DNA of 64,000 nt from Opitutales bacterium (GCA_965226885.1 CBDDEL010000017.1:416001-480000); one strand, 5' to 3'. Shown: positions 40,510 through 51,791, counted from the first letter of the stretch. The notes: generated by a model from the letters alone, not told the origin. Numbers and translations: made by a program.

Positions 40510-41865
40510 ATGGAAAACGTGAATACAGGCAAAAAAAAATCTGGCAGTGCGTTAGCCATCCACGGCGGTTCCAGGGCGGTCGCCGGCAATCCCACCGACC
40601 TTTGCCAGTGGCCGATTATCACAGCGGAGGATGAGGAGGCGGTTTTAGGTGTTCTCCGAAGAGGAGCAGCGATTTCCGATTGGGACATCAGCACGAAATT
40701 TGAGGAAGAGTTTTCCCAATGGCAGGGTTGCCGCCATGCCATTACCTATCCCAATGGGACGGCGGCTATATTGGCCGCCATGTACGGGTTGAAAATCGGG
40801 GTGGGCGACGAGGTCATTTGTCCCAGCATCACGTTTTGGGGAAGCATCCTGCAGTCCTACTCACTCGGGGCAACTCCCGTTTTTGCCGACATCGACCGGC
40901 AAACCCTCTGCCTCGATCCGAAAACCCTGGAGGCCTGGATTACACCTCGGACAAAAGCCATCGTGGTGGTCCATTATTGTGGGCATCCGGCCGACGTGGA
41001 CGCCATTATGGAAATTGCGGCAGGCAGGAATATAAAAGTGCTGGAAGATGTTTCCCATTCCCAGGGAGGGCTTTACAAAGAACAAAGGGTGGGTTCATTC
41101 GGGCACGTTGCCGCTACCTCGCTGATGGCCCAGAAATCCCTGGTTGCCGGGGAGGGCGGAATGGCCTGGACGGAGGATCAGGAAATCTATGACCGTATGG
41201 TGGCCTGGGGCCATTACAACCTCTTCAAACCGGATATCGAGACGGACTATCTGAGGAAGTATGCCGGTTTGCCATTGGGTGGAAACAAGGGCCGGTTGAA
41301 CCAGATGTCAGCCGCCCTGGGTCGTGTGCAACTAAAGCAGTACGATAAACGCTGCGCCGAAATCCGCAAGGCCATGAATTATTTTTGGAATCGCATGGAA
41401 GGCATACCAGGTGTTTATGGGCATCGCGTGGATGAAGGCTCCGGCAGCAACATGGCCGGATGGTATTCGCCCAAAGCACATTTTCGATCAAATGAACTGG
41501 GAGGTCTTTCCCTGACCGCATTCTCACGCGCTGTCCGGGCCGAAGGGAGTGCCGTAATGCCCGGCTGTAACTTGCCGCTCCATTTGCATCCCGTTTTTAT
41601 CGATGCCGACATTTACGGTCACGGCCGGCCTACCCGCTGTGCTTTTTCCGAGTCCCCGATTCGCCAGCCGGCGGGAAGCCTTCCGGTCAGTGAATCGATA
41701 AACGCGAGGGTTTTCGGGTTCGAACTTTTTGTCCACTTTCGGCCCAAGGAGATAGACGAGCATGTGGAGGCTTACCGCAAGGTGGCGTTTAATTACAGGG
41801 AACTGTTGGCCGACGACCCCGGTGATGGGGCTGGAATAGGAGCCTGGAGCGGCTCTTTCGGCTGA
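40510..41865 (+). CDS. DegT/DnrJ/EryC1/StrS family aminotransferase
   Basis: NGTAA, GDEVI, LEDVSHSQG, SLMAQKSLVAGEGG. Confidence 0.9.
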   Translation: MENVNTGKKKSGSALAIHGGSRAVAGNPTDLCQWPIITAEDEEAVLGVLRRGAAISDWDISTKFEEEFSQWQGCRHAITYPNGTAAILAAMYGLKIGVGDEVICPSITFWGSILQSYSLGATPVFADIDRQTLCLDPKTLEAWITPRTKAIVVVHYCGHPADVDAIMEIAAGRNIKVLEDVSHSQGGLYKEQRVGSFGHVAATSLMAQKSLVAGEGGMAWTEDQEIYDRMVAWGHYNLFKPDIETDYLRKYAGLPLGGNKGRLNQMSAALGRVQLKQYDKRCAEIRKAMNYFWNRMEGIPGVYGHRVDEGSGSNMAGWYSPKAHFRSNELGGLSLTAFSRAVRAEGSAVMPGCNLPLHLHPVFIDADIYGHGRPTRCAFSESPIRQPAGSLPVSESINARVFGFELFVHFRPKEIDEHVEAYRKVAFNYRELLADDPGDGAGIGAWSGSFG

Positions 41866-41875
41866 TGAGCCATGT

Positions 41876-42202
41876 GGTATTGAAGCCCGCCTTGAGCGCT
41901 ATTGCAAAAATCAAAAAACGCTTGTCGACGGTATGCGCGCTTTGGGGTTTGAATGCCTTTTGCCGAGAGAGTGGCAATCCCCGTTCATCACCTCCTTTCT
42001 TTATCCCCATGACGAAGCGCTCACTTTCCAGCGATTTTATACTGAATTGAAATCCCTGGGGTTTGTTATCTACCCGGGAAAAGTTACCACGGGAGATACT
42101 TTCCGCATTGGAAATATCGGAGATATAGACCCGGTAGATTTTCAGGAACTGATTAAAGCGGTCAAAGAATCGATGTATTGGAAGCAAATGAATCAAAAAT
42201 AA
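41876..42202 (+). pseudogene. phnW: C-terminal fragment of 2-aminoethylphosphonate-pyruvate transaminase
   Basis: GIEARLERY..NQKTLVDGMRALGF...SPFITSF...GFVIYPGKV...FRIGNIG...MYW; N-terminal two thirds absent. Confidence 0.8.
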
Positions 42203-42233
42203 CCTAATGAATCCATGATAAGAAAATGGATCG

Positions 42234-42741
42234 ATGGAGCGGGCCGCTGTGATGGCTGCCGGGACCTTTTCGTTAGCCTGCCATTACCCAATGGCGTATG
42301 GTGAAGCGGAAACGGACTTAGTTGGGCTAGAGGAGGCAAACCCCGCCCAAGGGCGTCCGAATGTGGTATTCATAATGAGTGATAACCACGGAGCATGGCA
42401 ACTCGGGTCCTATGGCAATTCTGACATTCATTCTCCTAATATCGACAAACTTGCAAAGGACGGAATCCGGTTTACGAGAGCGATTCGCACGGACCGGTGG
42501 AAATACGTCTGGCGTTACCAACAGCCGGATGACCTTTTCGATTTGAAAAACGATCCAGGTGAATTGCAAAATATTGCGGAGGATTCGTCGCATCAAGATG
42601 TTGTCGCCGGGCTGAAAAAACAACTGGAGGCGTTTTTTTGACAAATACGCCGATCCCAAATACGACATTGTCCATGGCGGAACGTCAAAAACATGGCGAC
42701 CCCCGTTTGTGGAACCCGACCTTATTCCGGCCACTGACTAG
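42234..42741 (+). pseudogene. Sulfatase remnant with large internal deletion and late frameshift
   Basis: PNVVFIMSDNH...GIRFTRA joined directly to IRTDRWKY...LFDLKNDPGE; no CxPxR; T7 run at 42633-42639 shifts off the DKYADPKYD tail. Confidence 0.8.
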
Positions 42742-42755
42742 ACCCGATATGACGA

Positions 42756-43859
42756 TTACGAAAATTGATCGGATTTACTCAACGGCCTCACTCCGCCAGC
42801 CCCTGCTTTGTTGATCGTTCGTTTGGTCGAATTTAACCGAACCTTGTGTTTGACTGTTTCGTGGATGATTTCTCCTCGGTAGCCGTGGATTCTGCGGATC
42901 ATTAGGCGGGCTGCCACCTCCCCCATGCCGAAGCTGGGTTTTACGATTGTATTGACGGTAACGCCTTGGGGTATGCTTTGGTTGTCGTGCAGGAGCATGA
43001 CAAATTGCTTGCCGGGGTCGCGGCCCCAGGTGGTTCCTTGAAAGACATCGTAAAATCCGGAATCTTCCAGGGGCACGCCGATGATCAGGTGCCCGCTGAT
43101 TTTGCGTTTTTTGAATTGGTTCAGTTTGGCCAGAAAATCCCGGTTGTTGCCATGGGTTATATCTACTATGAGCCGGTCTTTTCCCCCTAATCCTACTTCG
43201 AGTCCTTGTAAGCGGGCAAAGGAGGGTACGGTGGTGTTTCCGAGGAAGTAGATGGGCCCTGCGGTCTGCTTGCGCAAATGTTCTCCCACTTGTTGAAAGG
43301 AGGCGAAGTAATCGGGGGTGACTGAGTCGACTTGCACCGCGGGGGTGGGCCGGCAGGTGACCAGGGGCAGTCTTACGGCTTTCAATCGTTCCATCCAATG
43401 GCGGTCGTTATCGAGTAGAAAGGTGTCCATGCCCGAGTGCCGGGTGATGATGCCGGCAAATTTTTGACCGGTCAGGGTGGGTAAGATGTCTCTGCGGATT
43501 CTAAAAAAGTTCTTGGGTCCAAAGTCGGCCACCTGAAAGCCTTTCTGTTCGGCTACATTGCGCACGCCGCTCAAGAACAGGCTGTTGGTCGGGTCGGATA
43601 TTTCGATATCGGCAAAAACGCATATCACGTTGTTGTTGGAGTCCCATCCTTCGACATATACACCGCTGCCGCGCCGGCGCCGGACCAGCCCTTTGCGTTC
43701 CATTTTATCGAGGCTGCGTTCGATGGTGGATTGGCTGACGTTGTAGTCGGCCCTTAACTGGCGCACGCTGGGTAGACGCTCCCCGGGGGTCATTTTATCG
43801 ACCTTCCGCAGCAAGTCGTCGTAGATTATCTGGTATTTGGGAACATAGTTCACGATCAA
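42756..43859 (-). CDS. GntR family regulator with LacI-type sensor domain (AraR-like)
   Basis: PKYQII, RLPSVRQL, YNVSQSTI, RRRGSGVYV; C-terminal MGEVAARLM. Confidence 0.85.
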   Translation of the reverse strand: MIVNYVPKYQIIYDDLLRKVDKMTPGERLPSVRQLRADYNVSQSTIERSLDKMERKGLVRRRRGSGVYVEGWDSNNNVICVFADIEISDPTNSLFLSGVRNVAEQKGFQVADFGPKNFFRIRRDILPTLTGQKFAGIITRHSGMDTFLLDNDRHWMERLKAVRLPLVTCRPTPAVQVDSVTPDYFASFQQVGEHLRKQTAGPIYFLGNTTVPSFARLQGLEVGLGGKDRLIVDITHGNNRDFLAKLNQFKKRKISGHLIIGVPLEDSGFYDVFQGTTWGRDPGKQFVMLLHDNQSIPQGVTVNTIVKPSFGMGEVAARLMIRRIHGYRGEIIHETVKHKVRLNSTKRTINKAGAGGVRPLSKSDQFS

Positions 43860-44090
43860 AACAGGGACAACCTGGCCGGTTTTATGTTAAGGCCAAGACA
43901 AATCTTATTCTCGACGCCATTTGTTTTTTATTGAGAAAATCAAACCATAGGCTTGACAATTGTAAGGTTCAATCAAAAACTGAAGCTTTCCTCTTTCCTG
44001 TAAGAAATTGAATTCTTGAGAGATTTTCCCTTCCAAACCCAACCTTACCTTCCCCTCCAATCCAGTAAACCTCAATCAACTGCTAGAGCC

Positions 44091-47000
44091 ATGAACAATA
44101 CACACCAGTCAGAAACTAATCCTGTTACCCACCCACTGCCAAAAGGCTTCTCATTTTCAGCCTTTTTTTGTTTTCTTTCCCTAATTTGCCTTATGGCCCT
44201 CCCTCAAAACGTCTGGGCCGGCGATATCAACGGAACGGCTGTAGATGCCAATAATGGATCGTTCTTGCCAGGGGCGAGCGTCCGCATAACAGAATTGGGA
44301 CGCACCACTGCTACCGACCGCAGCGGTGAATTCCGTTTTACCAATGTTGCCGGAGGCAGTTACACTCTGAGCATTCGCTACATCGGTTACGATGCGGCAC
44401 GGGATACAGTGCAGGTGCCCGCAACCGGTTCGGTTTCCACCAGAATTTCTGTTGGAGGAGAAATTGCTGAGCTGGAAGGGTTTACGGTAGAAGGCATGCG
44501 TGAGGGCCGCTCCCGCGCCTTGCAGCAAAAGAGGACCTCCACGGGCATCCGCGATATCATTTCGGCCGACTCCATCGGTAACCTGCCCGACCAAAACGTG
44601 GCCGAAGCTCTCGTGCGGCTGCCAGGTATTTCCCTCGGCTTGTCCCAGGGGGAAGGCCGCTTTGTCTCCATTCGCGGCGTCGAGCCGAACCTGAACAACG
44701 TGACCATCAATGGGGCCAGCGTAGCCAATCCCGGCGTTAACGGCCGCCAGGGTCGTTCCATGCCGCTGGACGTTATCGGCTCTTCCCAGGTTTCCCAGCT
44801 GGAGGTGATTAAATCGGTGACGCCCGGTATGGATGCGCAGGGACTGGGTGGAACTGTCAACCTGGTAACGGCGAGCGGGTTCGATAAAGAAAAGTCCTTC
44901 CTCTATGGAAGTATTGAAGGCGGCTACAACGATATGGTCGAGGATACACAGTATTCGGTTCAAGGAACCTATGGAACGACATTTGGGCCGGACAAGAAAT
45001 TCGCCATGGCCGTATCGGGCAGCTATGAGTGGCGCCCCTATCGAAACGAGCACGTCATTTTTGGCTGGACTGAGACAGAAGACGAAATAAGTGGAAATGA
45101 TTTTGTGGTTCCCACTGTTTTGGAAATTAATCCCGACCAGGGAAACCGCCGCCGCTACGGTTTCAATGGCAAGTTCGAATACCGGCCCGACCCTGATACC
45201 GAAATTTATTTAAACGTCGTCTACAATAGTTTCGTGGAATGGAATACCCACATCGAAAGCAAGCTGGAAGCCGACGGGGACTTATTTTGTGTGAATGCTG
45301 ATTGTTCTCAGGGTTTTTGGGATGCACCGGAAGCTGATGTGCACTGGAAAAAGTGGACACGAGATTCTCCTAAATGGAGAATCGAAGCATGGGAAGAAGA
45401 CGCTTTAGTATAGAGTTCAAAAATGAGGCAGTTCAACTGATGATACTCGATGGTCTGAGCGCCACCGAGGTATCGACCAAACTTGGGGTCAACACCAACC
45501 AATTGTATAGGTGGAAGAGGCTCTATCTGGACGATCAGCAGGGCGAAGCCACCTCAAAGCGACAGAGCAGTCCGAAGGAGATGGCGGCCGAGATAGATCG
45601 TCTTCGCAAAGAGCTGCGCCGCTCGGAGCGGATCAACCAGATACTAAAAAAAACGGTGGGCTACTTTGCCAAGGACGAACAATGAAGTACCAGTTTGTCA
45701 AAGACAACGAGGGGCGCTTCAAGATCGAGGAAATATGCTCGGCGATGGGGATTTGTCGCAGTGGCTATTACTGCTGGAGGCACCGAGCGCCCTCGGCCCG
45801 GCGGATCGAGGACGAGGGAATCAAGGGGGCGATCCTGAAGGTACACAAAGAGGCCAAGGGCCGCTATGGGCATCGGCCAATGCACCGCCATCTGAAGGAT
45901 GATGAGGGCATCGATTGCGGCCGTGACCGGGCTCTGCGTCTGATGCGTGAAATGGGAATCAAAAGCACCCAGAGTAAACGCTTTAAGCCATTAGAAACCA
46001 ACAGTAACCATCCCTATGGTTACAGCCCCAATGTGCTTAAAAAGCATGGCCAGCCGACCCATATCGACGAGGTCTGGGTGGCGGACACGACCTACCTACG
46101 GACCCTGGCCGGTTGGATGTACTTGGCCACGGTGATGGACCTGTTCAGCCGACGCCTGCTGGGCTGGAGCGTTTCCAACCACAACGACGCGAAGCTGGTT
46201 GGCAAGGCCCTCAAAGCCGCGGCCATGACCCGCGGCACACTGCGCACCGGGATTATTCATCACAGCGATCGGGGCAGCCCCTACGCCAGCGACGACTATC
46301 AGAGGCTGGTCTCTGAACTAGGCATGAAGCCGAGCATGAGCGCCCAAGGCAACTGCTACGACAACGCGGCCATGGAATCGTTCTACGGCCGCTTCAAGAC
46401 CAGCACGATTCGAGGCCGCCACTTTGCCGACGAGCGCGAACTGCGATCAACTGTCTTCGAATACGTGGAAATCTTCTACAACCGATATCGCAAACATTCC
46501 TCTCTGAGTTACCAAAGCCCAGTCCAATTCGAGGAAAATATTTGCCCCCCATGGGGGGCAACGAGAAAACAAAACCCTTTACCAAAACAAGCCGCCTGAC
46601 ACACTAATCAATAAACAATGAATATAAGAGAATCCCGTGTCCAACAAATCCAGTACACGTCACTTCGCACCGACCAGAAATTGGTCAACGCCACCTTTGG
46701 TGGAAAGAAAACCTGGAACAACCTGACCGTATCGGGTGAATTTACTTACTCCTTCGCCAGTGAGACAGACCCCTTCAACCATCACACTCAGTTCCGGGGG
46801 CGGGCCAGGGGGAGTCAATTCGTTTTTCGGGATGGGGATACGCCGTATTCTGATATCAACGGGGTTGCCTTTCCTCCGGAAATTGGCGATAACGGAACTG
46901 TTGGCCCGGGTGGAGATCTTCCCATCTTATTTGATACAAACAGCTTAGAGTATGTCTGGACGACCGGGGCTGATATATACGCTGACACGACACGTTATGA

Positions 47001-48648
47001 GCACCGCCGTAATCGGGTCGAAGGTTCCAGTAGCGAGGAAACTACCTTGATTCCAAGAGTCGACGTCCAGTGGGACAGCGACAACTTCCTGGGAACGGGT
47101 CATACCGGGTTTTTCAAGGTCGGTTTCAAATACTTCGACCGGGACCGTTTTGTCGATGACGACTCCTTTCGTCCGGTGGACGGGGACCTGCTCTTGAGCG
47201 ATAATCCAGCCTTTGTCGGGCCGGGTCAGAACGTCCTCTCCTACAATACCGGTTTCGATTACAATTGGGATCCTCTCTTCAACGGCCATTTTGGCGGACG
47301 GGGCACCCCGGATGAACTCCGCCAGCGCACATCGCCTATAACCGGTGAGCCTTTCGAAGTCGATGACTCGGAATCGGTGGAGAACAGTCTCGAAGATGAC
47401 TACAAAATCGGCGAGAAAATCACGGCTTTATACGCCATGGGCAGTATCGATATCGGAGAAAAATTGACCATAATGGGCGGTTTCCGATTTGAAAAGACCG
47501 ATGTTGATTTAGTTGCCAACCAGTTCAACGCACTTGGAAATAATCCCTCCGATATCGATTTGAGCAGTTGCACAGATTCACTGGAGGGCGAATTCTGCGC
47601 TCAAAAGACTGTCAGTAAATTCGATTATGACAACTGGATGCCCAACATTCAGATGCGCTACGAGTTCACCGATAACCTGATCTTGCGGGCCGCCTTTACT
47701 TCGACTATCGGCCGGCCGGCCTTCGAGGACGCGGCCCCCATTTCCCAATTCGAAGCGGAAGATCCGGTTTTTGACGTTGGGAATACTAGCAACGTACCTG
47801 ACGAGTGGGAAAGATTCACCGTCCGTTTGAGAAATCCCAGCCTCAAACCGTATGAATCCAACAACTTCGACGTTTCACTGGAATACTACCTGCCCTCCGG
47901 CGGTCTGCTCGCCGTCGCCTTCTTTCACAAGGCCGTTGACAACCCGATCTTCGAGTTCAGTTTCGACATTAGGGGGGATAGAACGGGATTTGATTTCGAT
48001 GGAGATGGAGTAACAACCAGGACTATTACCGTTGCCGAGATGGAGGAGGTTTTTCTCCGTGTGACTAACTCTACGATTAACAAACTCGGTGTTAATGACG
48101 ATCAAAGAATTGAAAGGCTGCGATTGAGAAGAGGTCAGGAAAACGCCTCCAGCGGCACCATAACGGGCGTCGAACTGACCGCGCAGATCCCCTTCACATT
48201 CCTTCCCCAACCGTTTGACGGATTTGGAGTTGACGCCAATGTCACCCTAATCGACTCGAGTATAGATCTAACTGGCACCAACCTCTTAAAGTTTCAGCCA
48301 GACCGTGAAGGTCTAGACATGCCATTCTTCAGACAACCTGACTGGATTGGCAACGTGTCGCTCTGGTACCAGAAGGGCCGCTTGTCCGGCCGCATAGCGG
48401 TACGCTTCCAGGATAGCCAGTGGGATGAAGCAGAAGATAGCGCATTGCTTGATGCCTGGAGCGCCGAACAGACCTTCTGGGACGCACAGATCGCCTACCG
48501 GTTCAATGACAACTGGACATTCTATGCAAATCTACAGAACCTTACCAACGAGACCGACGACCGATGGACGGGTAATGTTCCCAGCCGCCTCGCAGATCGC
48601 GAAGACTTCGGCGCGACCTACCGTTTTGGTCTTCGCTGGAATTACTAA
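44091..48648 (+). pseudogene. TonB-dependent receptor with N-terminal extension domain, interrupted by IS3
   Basis: IGNLPDQNVAEAL.RLPG, GEGRFVSIRG, LEVIKSVTPGMDA; 3' half NPSLKPYES and terminal GLRWNY. Confidence 0.9.
45335..46662 (+). mobile_element. IS3 family element, copy 1 (1328 bp)
   Basis: TG...CA ends with imperfect ~35-bp IRs; orfA 45389-45685, orfB 45682-46599 (WVADTTY, HHSDRG, DNAAMES); A8 slippery site 45646-45653; no target duplication. Confidence 0.95.
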
Positions 48649-48687
48649 TTTGATTTAGCGCGGCACAACACAGGCGATTTTAATTTG

Positions 48688-48722
48688 ACCAGCCCTTTAC
48701 GGTAACCCCGTGAAGGGCTGGT
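48688..48722 (+). terminator. Stem-loop after TBDR
   Basis: ACCAGCCCTTTACGG-TAACC-CCGTGAAGGGCTGGT followed by T-rich tract. Confidence 0.7.
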
Positions 48723-48814
48723 TTACATTTATCCATTCACCATATCCCAATTTAATAAATAGCGCTGTTTGGATGACAAATTTAATCCTCTACCATGTTT
48801 AAGTATTTTTGCTA

Positions 48815-49960
48815 ATGCGAATCGTTAATTTCTTGAATCCTGGACTGTTGGTGTTCGGTAATGGATGCGTAACCCGGTGCGCGGAGGATATTTTGTCGAG
48901 GAGACTTAAATCCGTTTTTTTGGTAACCGCCAATCCGGTTGCGGAACTTGCCGATCCCCTGTTAAGCGCCCTGGAAAAGGGCGGCGCAAAAACAACCGTT
49001 TTCAGCGAAATCAATACGGAACCTTCCATCGGCATGTTGGCGGATGCATTGCAGGCGGCTAAAACTGTCATGCCCGATGCCATTGTCGGCCTGGGGGGCG
49101 GTAGTCCCCTGGATGTTGCCAAACTGTTGGCAGCCCTGCTTGGCTCAGAGCAAAAGATTGAAGACGTTTTGGGAATCGGTTTATTAAATAGCAGAAATAC
49201 CTATTTGGCCTGCATCCCGACAACTTCCGGAACCGGTAGCGAGGTATCGCCAAATGCGATCCTTCTGGACGAAAGGGACGGCCTCAAAAAAGGAGCCGTT
49301 AGCCCATTTCTGGTCCCGGACGGCTCCTTCGTCGATCCTCTTCTAACGGTTACTGTTCCACCGCCCGTAACCGCATCCACCGGTCTCGACGCAATGGTCC
49401 ATTGCATTGAGGCCTACGCCAATAATTTCTCACACCCAACAGTCGATATTTACGCCATCAAGGGCATTCGGTTGATAGCGGCAAATCTCCGGCGGGCGGT
49501 TGATAACGGCAATGACATCGAAGCGCGAACCCAGCTATCATTGGGAAGTCTTTACGGAGGAATGTGCCTCGGTCCGGTCAATACGGCGGCCGTCCATGCC
49601 CTCGCCTATCCTTTGGGAGGGGAATTCAAAATCGCCCATGGAGTATCCAATTCCATGCTTCTTCCCCATGTCATCGAATACAATCTGGAATCGGCCGTTG
49701 AACGTTATGCCGATATCGCGGCGGCCATGGGCGTGGAAGAGGGTTCCAGTTCGGAAGAAACGGCCCAAAGGGGTTTACTCAGGATGAAGGAGCTTTCCCG
49801 GCAATGCGGAATCCCGCAACACATGGCGGAACTGGGCGTACCATTAGAAGCCATTCCCAAACTTGCCGCTTCCGCCATGACGGTGACGAGGTTATTAAAG
49901 AACAATCCCCGTGAAATGACCGAAGAGGCCGCTTGCGCTATTTATAAAGCGGCTTATTGA
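48815..49960 (+). CDS. Iron-containing alcohol dehydrogenase
   Basis: GGGSPLD, PTTSGTGSE, DAMVHCIE, HALAY, AHG. Confidence 0.92.
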   Translation: MRIVNFLNPGLLVFGNGCVTRCAEDILSRRLKSVFLVTANPVAELADPLLSALEKGGAKTTVFSEINTEPSIGMLADALQAAKTVMPDAIVGLGGGSPLDVAKLLAALLGSEQKIEDVLGIGLLNSRNTYLACIPTTSGTGSEVSPNAILLDERDGLKKGAVSPFLVPDGSFVDPLLTVTVPPPVTASTGLDAMVHCIEAYANNFSHPTVDIYAIKGIRLIAANLRRAVDNGNDIEARTQLSLGSLYGGMCLGPVNTAAVHALAYPLGGEFKIAHGVSNSMLLPHVIEYNLESAVERYADIAAAMGVEEGSSSEETAQRGLLRMKELSRQCGIPQHMAELGVPLEAIPKLAASAMTVTRLLKNNPREMTEEAACAIYKAAY

Positions 49961-49989
49961 TAACTCCTAAATTTAATTTAATATAATTT

Positions 49990-50907
49990 ATGATGCTAAC
50001 TGAAAAGAAGAAAAAACACAGCGGCGTAATCGTGCCCATGGTAACGCCCTTTACCGCTAATAGAGAACTCGATGAGAAAGCCGTCTGCCGCTTGATCGAA
50101 CACATCCTGGGCGGTGGATGTCATGGTATCTTTGTCCTTGGGACCACCGGGGAAGCCCTTTCCATGCCATTTTCAATGCGCAAGCAATTGATCAGCCTGG
50201 CGGCAAAAGAAGTTGGCGAAAAGGGACTTTTTTATACCGGTATTGCGGACAATTGCCTGGAGCATTCGCTGGAGTTGGCGCAACATTCCCATGATTGTGG
50301 AGTCGATGCCGTGGTGGCCCATCCGCCCTTTTACTATCCCGTCAGTGAAGACGTATTTTACGACTACTACGAAGAGCTGGCCAACCGGGTGGAAAGTCCT
50401 CTTTTAATTTATAATATTCCGCAAACGACAAATTTGTCAGTGCCGTTGGATGTATTGCAAAAATTGCATGAGCACCCCAATATAATAGGCATTAAAGACT
50501 CCGAGTTCAATGCCGAACGTTTGAGTGAACTCAACAACCGTCTTGGGAAAAAAGAGAACTTCGCCATATTGGTAGGTTGCACATCTCTTTCCTTAAGAGT
50601 CCTCAACGAAGGTTCCGACGGCCTTGTTCCAAGTTCCGGAAATTTTGATCCGGAAGGCGCAAGCCAACTCTATGAAAGCGCCATTTGCGGTAATACGGAA
50701 GAGGCGGCGGCGGCACAAAACCGAATGAACCAGGTAATCGAAGTTTTAAGAAAAGGAAGAAATTTACCGCAAACCATAGCCGCATTGAAGACGGGTTTGG
50801 ATTCGCTAGGCTTGTGCGGAAAAACAGTCTTGCCCCCCCTAAAATCCCTCGGCGAAGAGGACAGCCGCACCGTTGTCGATGACCTTCAAAAATTGGTAGT
50901 GTATTAA
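49990..50907 (+). CDS. DapA/NanA family aldolase; last 7 codons displaced by IS1 (native stop 51727-51729)
   Basis: GTTGE, YNIP, GIKDS; IS removal restores LQKLGEFNAIV*. Confidence 0.88.
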   Translation: MMLTEKKKKHSGVIVPMVTPFTANRELDEKAVCRLIEHILGGGCHGIFVLGTTGEALSMPFSMRKQLISLAAKEVGEKGLFYTGIADNCLEHSLELAQHSHDCGVDAVVAHPPFYYPVSEDVFYDYYEELANRVESPLLIYNIPQTTNLSVPLDVLQKLHEHPNIIGIKDSEFNAERLSELNNRLGKKENFAILVGCTSLSLRVLNEGSDGLVPSSGNFDPEGASQLYESAICGNTEEAAAAQNRMNQVIEVLRKGRNLPQTIAALKTGLDSLGLCGKTVLPPLKSLGEEDSRTVVDDLQKLVVY

Positions 50908-51696
50908 GTAGGAATGGTGGCTAATTCTTGATTATATTGATGAATGAAAAGTCTCAGACAGGTTTCATGCATACTCTTAAGCTTGGAAAAGGAGAGGGTT
51001 TTGCGTGTGAAACGACCCAGTCGTTGGCGCAGGGTATTGTTCCATCGTTCCACATGGGCCGTTTCACCGGTTTCTTTTCCCACGGATCGGTTATGAGGAA
51101 AGACTTCATCATAAGTGCTCCAAAAGTCGCTGTAGGTGGCACATCTTTTGTAGGCCCGTGGCAGACGCTCGTAAAGTTCCCGGCAACGATACCAATCCCG
51201 AGGCCCAATGGCATAGGAGAGGATTTGACGGGTGCGTCGGCAAAGAGCGATCCAAACCCATTGGGCATCGCTCTTGCGCCCCACAAAAGACCACAGTTCG
51301 TCCAGTTCAATGACATCATGGCGGCGGGCCGCAAGAATCGTGCTTTTGAGCGGTCGCAGCGATTGTCGTTTTTTTTAACCAACTCAAAACGGTGTTGGGA
51401 CTCACCCCGAAGGCGCGCTGTAAACCGCGTAGACTGCTGCGTTCCTGATAGACTCGAAGGATCATTTCTTTTTGCTCTTCGGTGTATTTCACTGTGGGGT
51501 TTTCGCGGCTTTGTTTACCACAATCATGGCAGCGGTAGCGCTGTTTATGGTTGGGCGTCTTGCCAAATTTAATGATATTTTCACTTCCACAGTGCCGACA
51601 ATTAATAATTTTAGTAACCATGCACTAAGAATAAACTGCCTAACGCTATTTGTACAGCTAAAAATACAAAATAACATTCTTTTTTTATACACTACC
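50895..51696 (-). mobile_element. IS1 family element (802 bp)
   Basis: GGTAGTGTAT terminal IRs; 8-bp TSD CAAAAATT (50887-50894, 51697-51704); InsA zinc ribbon 51621-51316; InsB ELDELWSFVG...HVERWN ending 50904. Confidence 0.95.
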
Positions 51697-51791
51697 CAAA
51701 AATTGGGTGAATTCAATGCTATAGTCTGAACAATCCGCATGCGGGTTTTCACATCCCGCCAAACTAGCTGGACACGATCCAGTTTAATAAA

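Noticed and set aside
48701..48726. GGTAACC as another TetR operator
   Set aside because: No GTTAC half-site at 6-bp spacing; it is the loop of a terminator-like hairpin
50954..51382. The -1 frame ORF as IS1 InsB
   Set aside because: Lacks DDE motifs; InsB is in the frame ending at 50904
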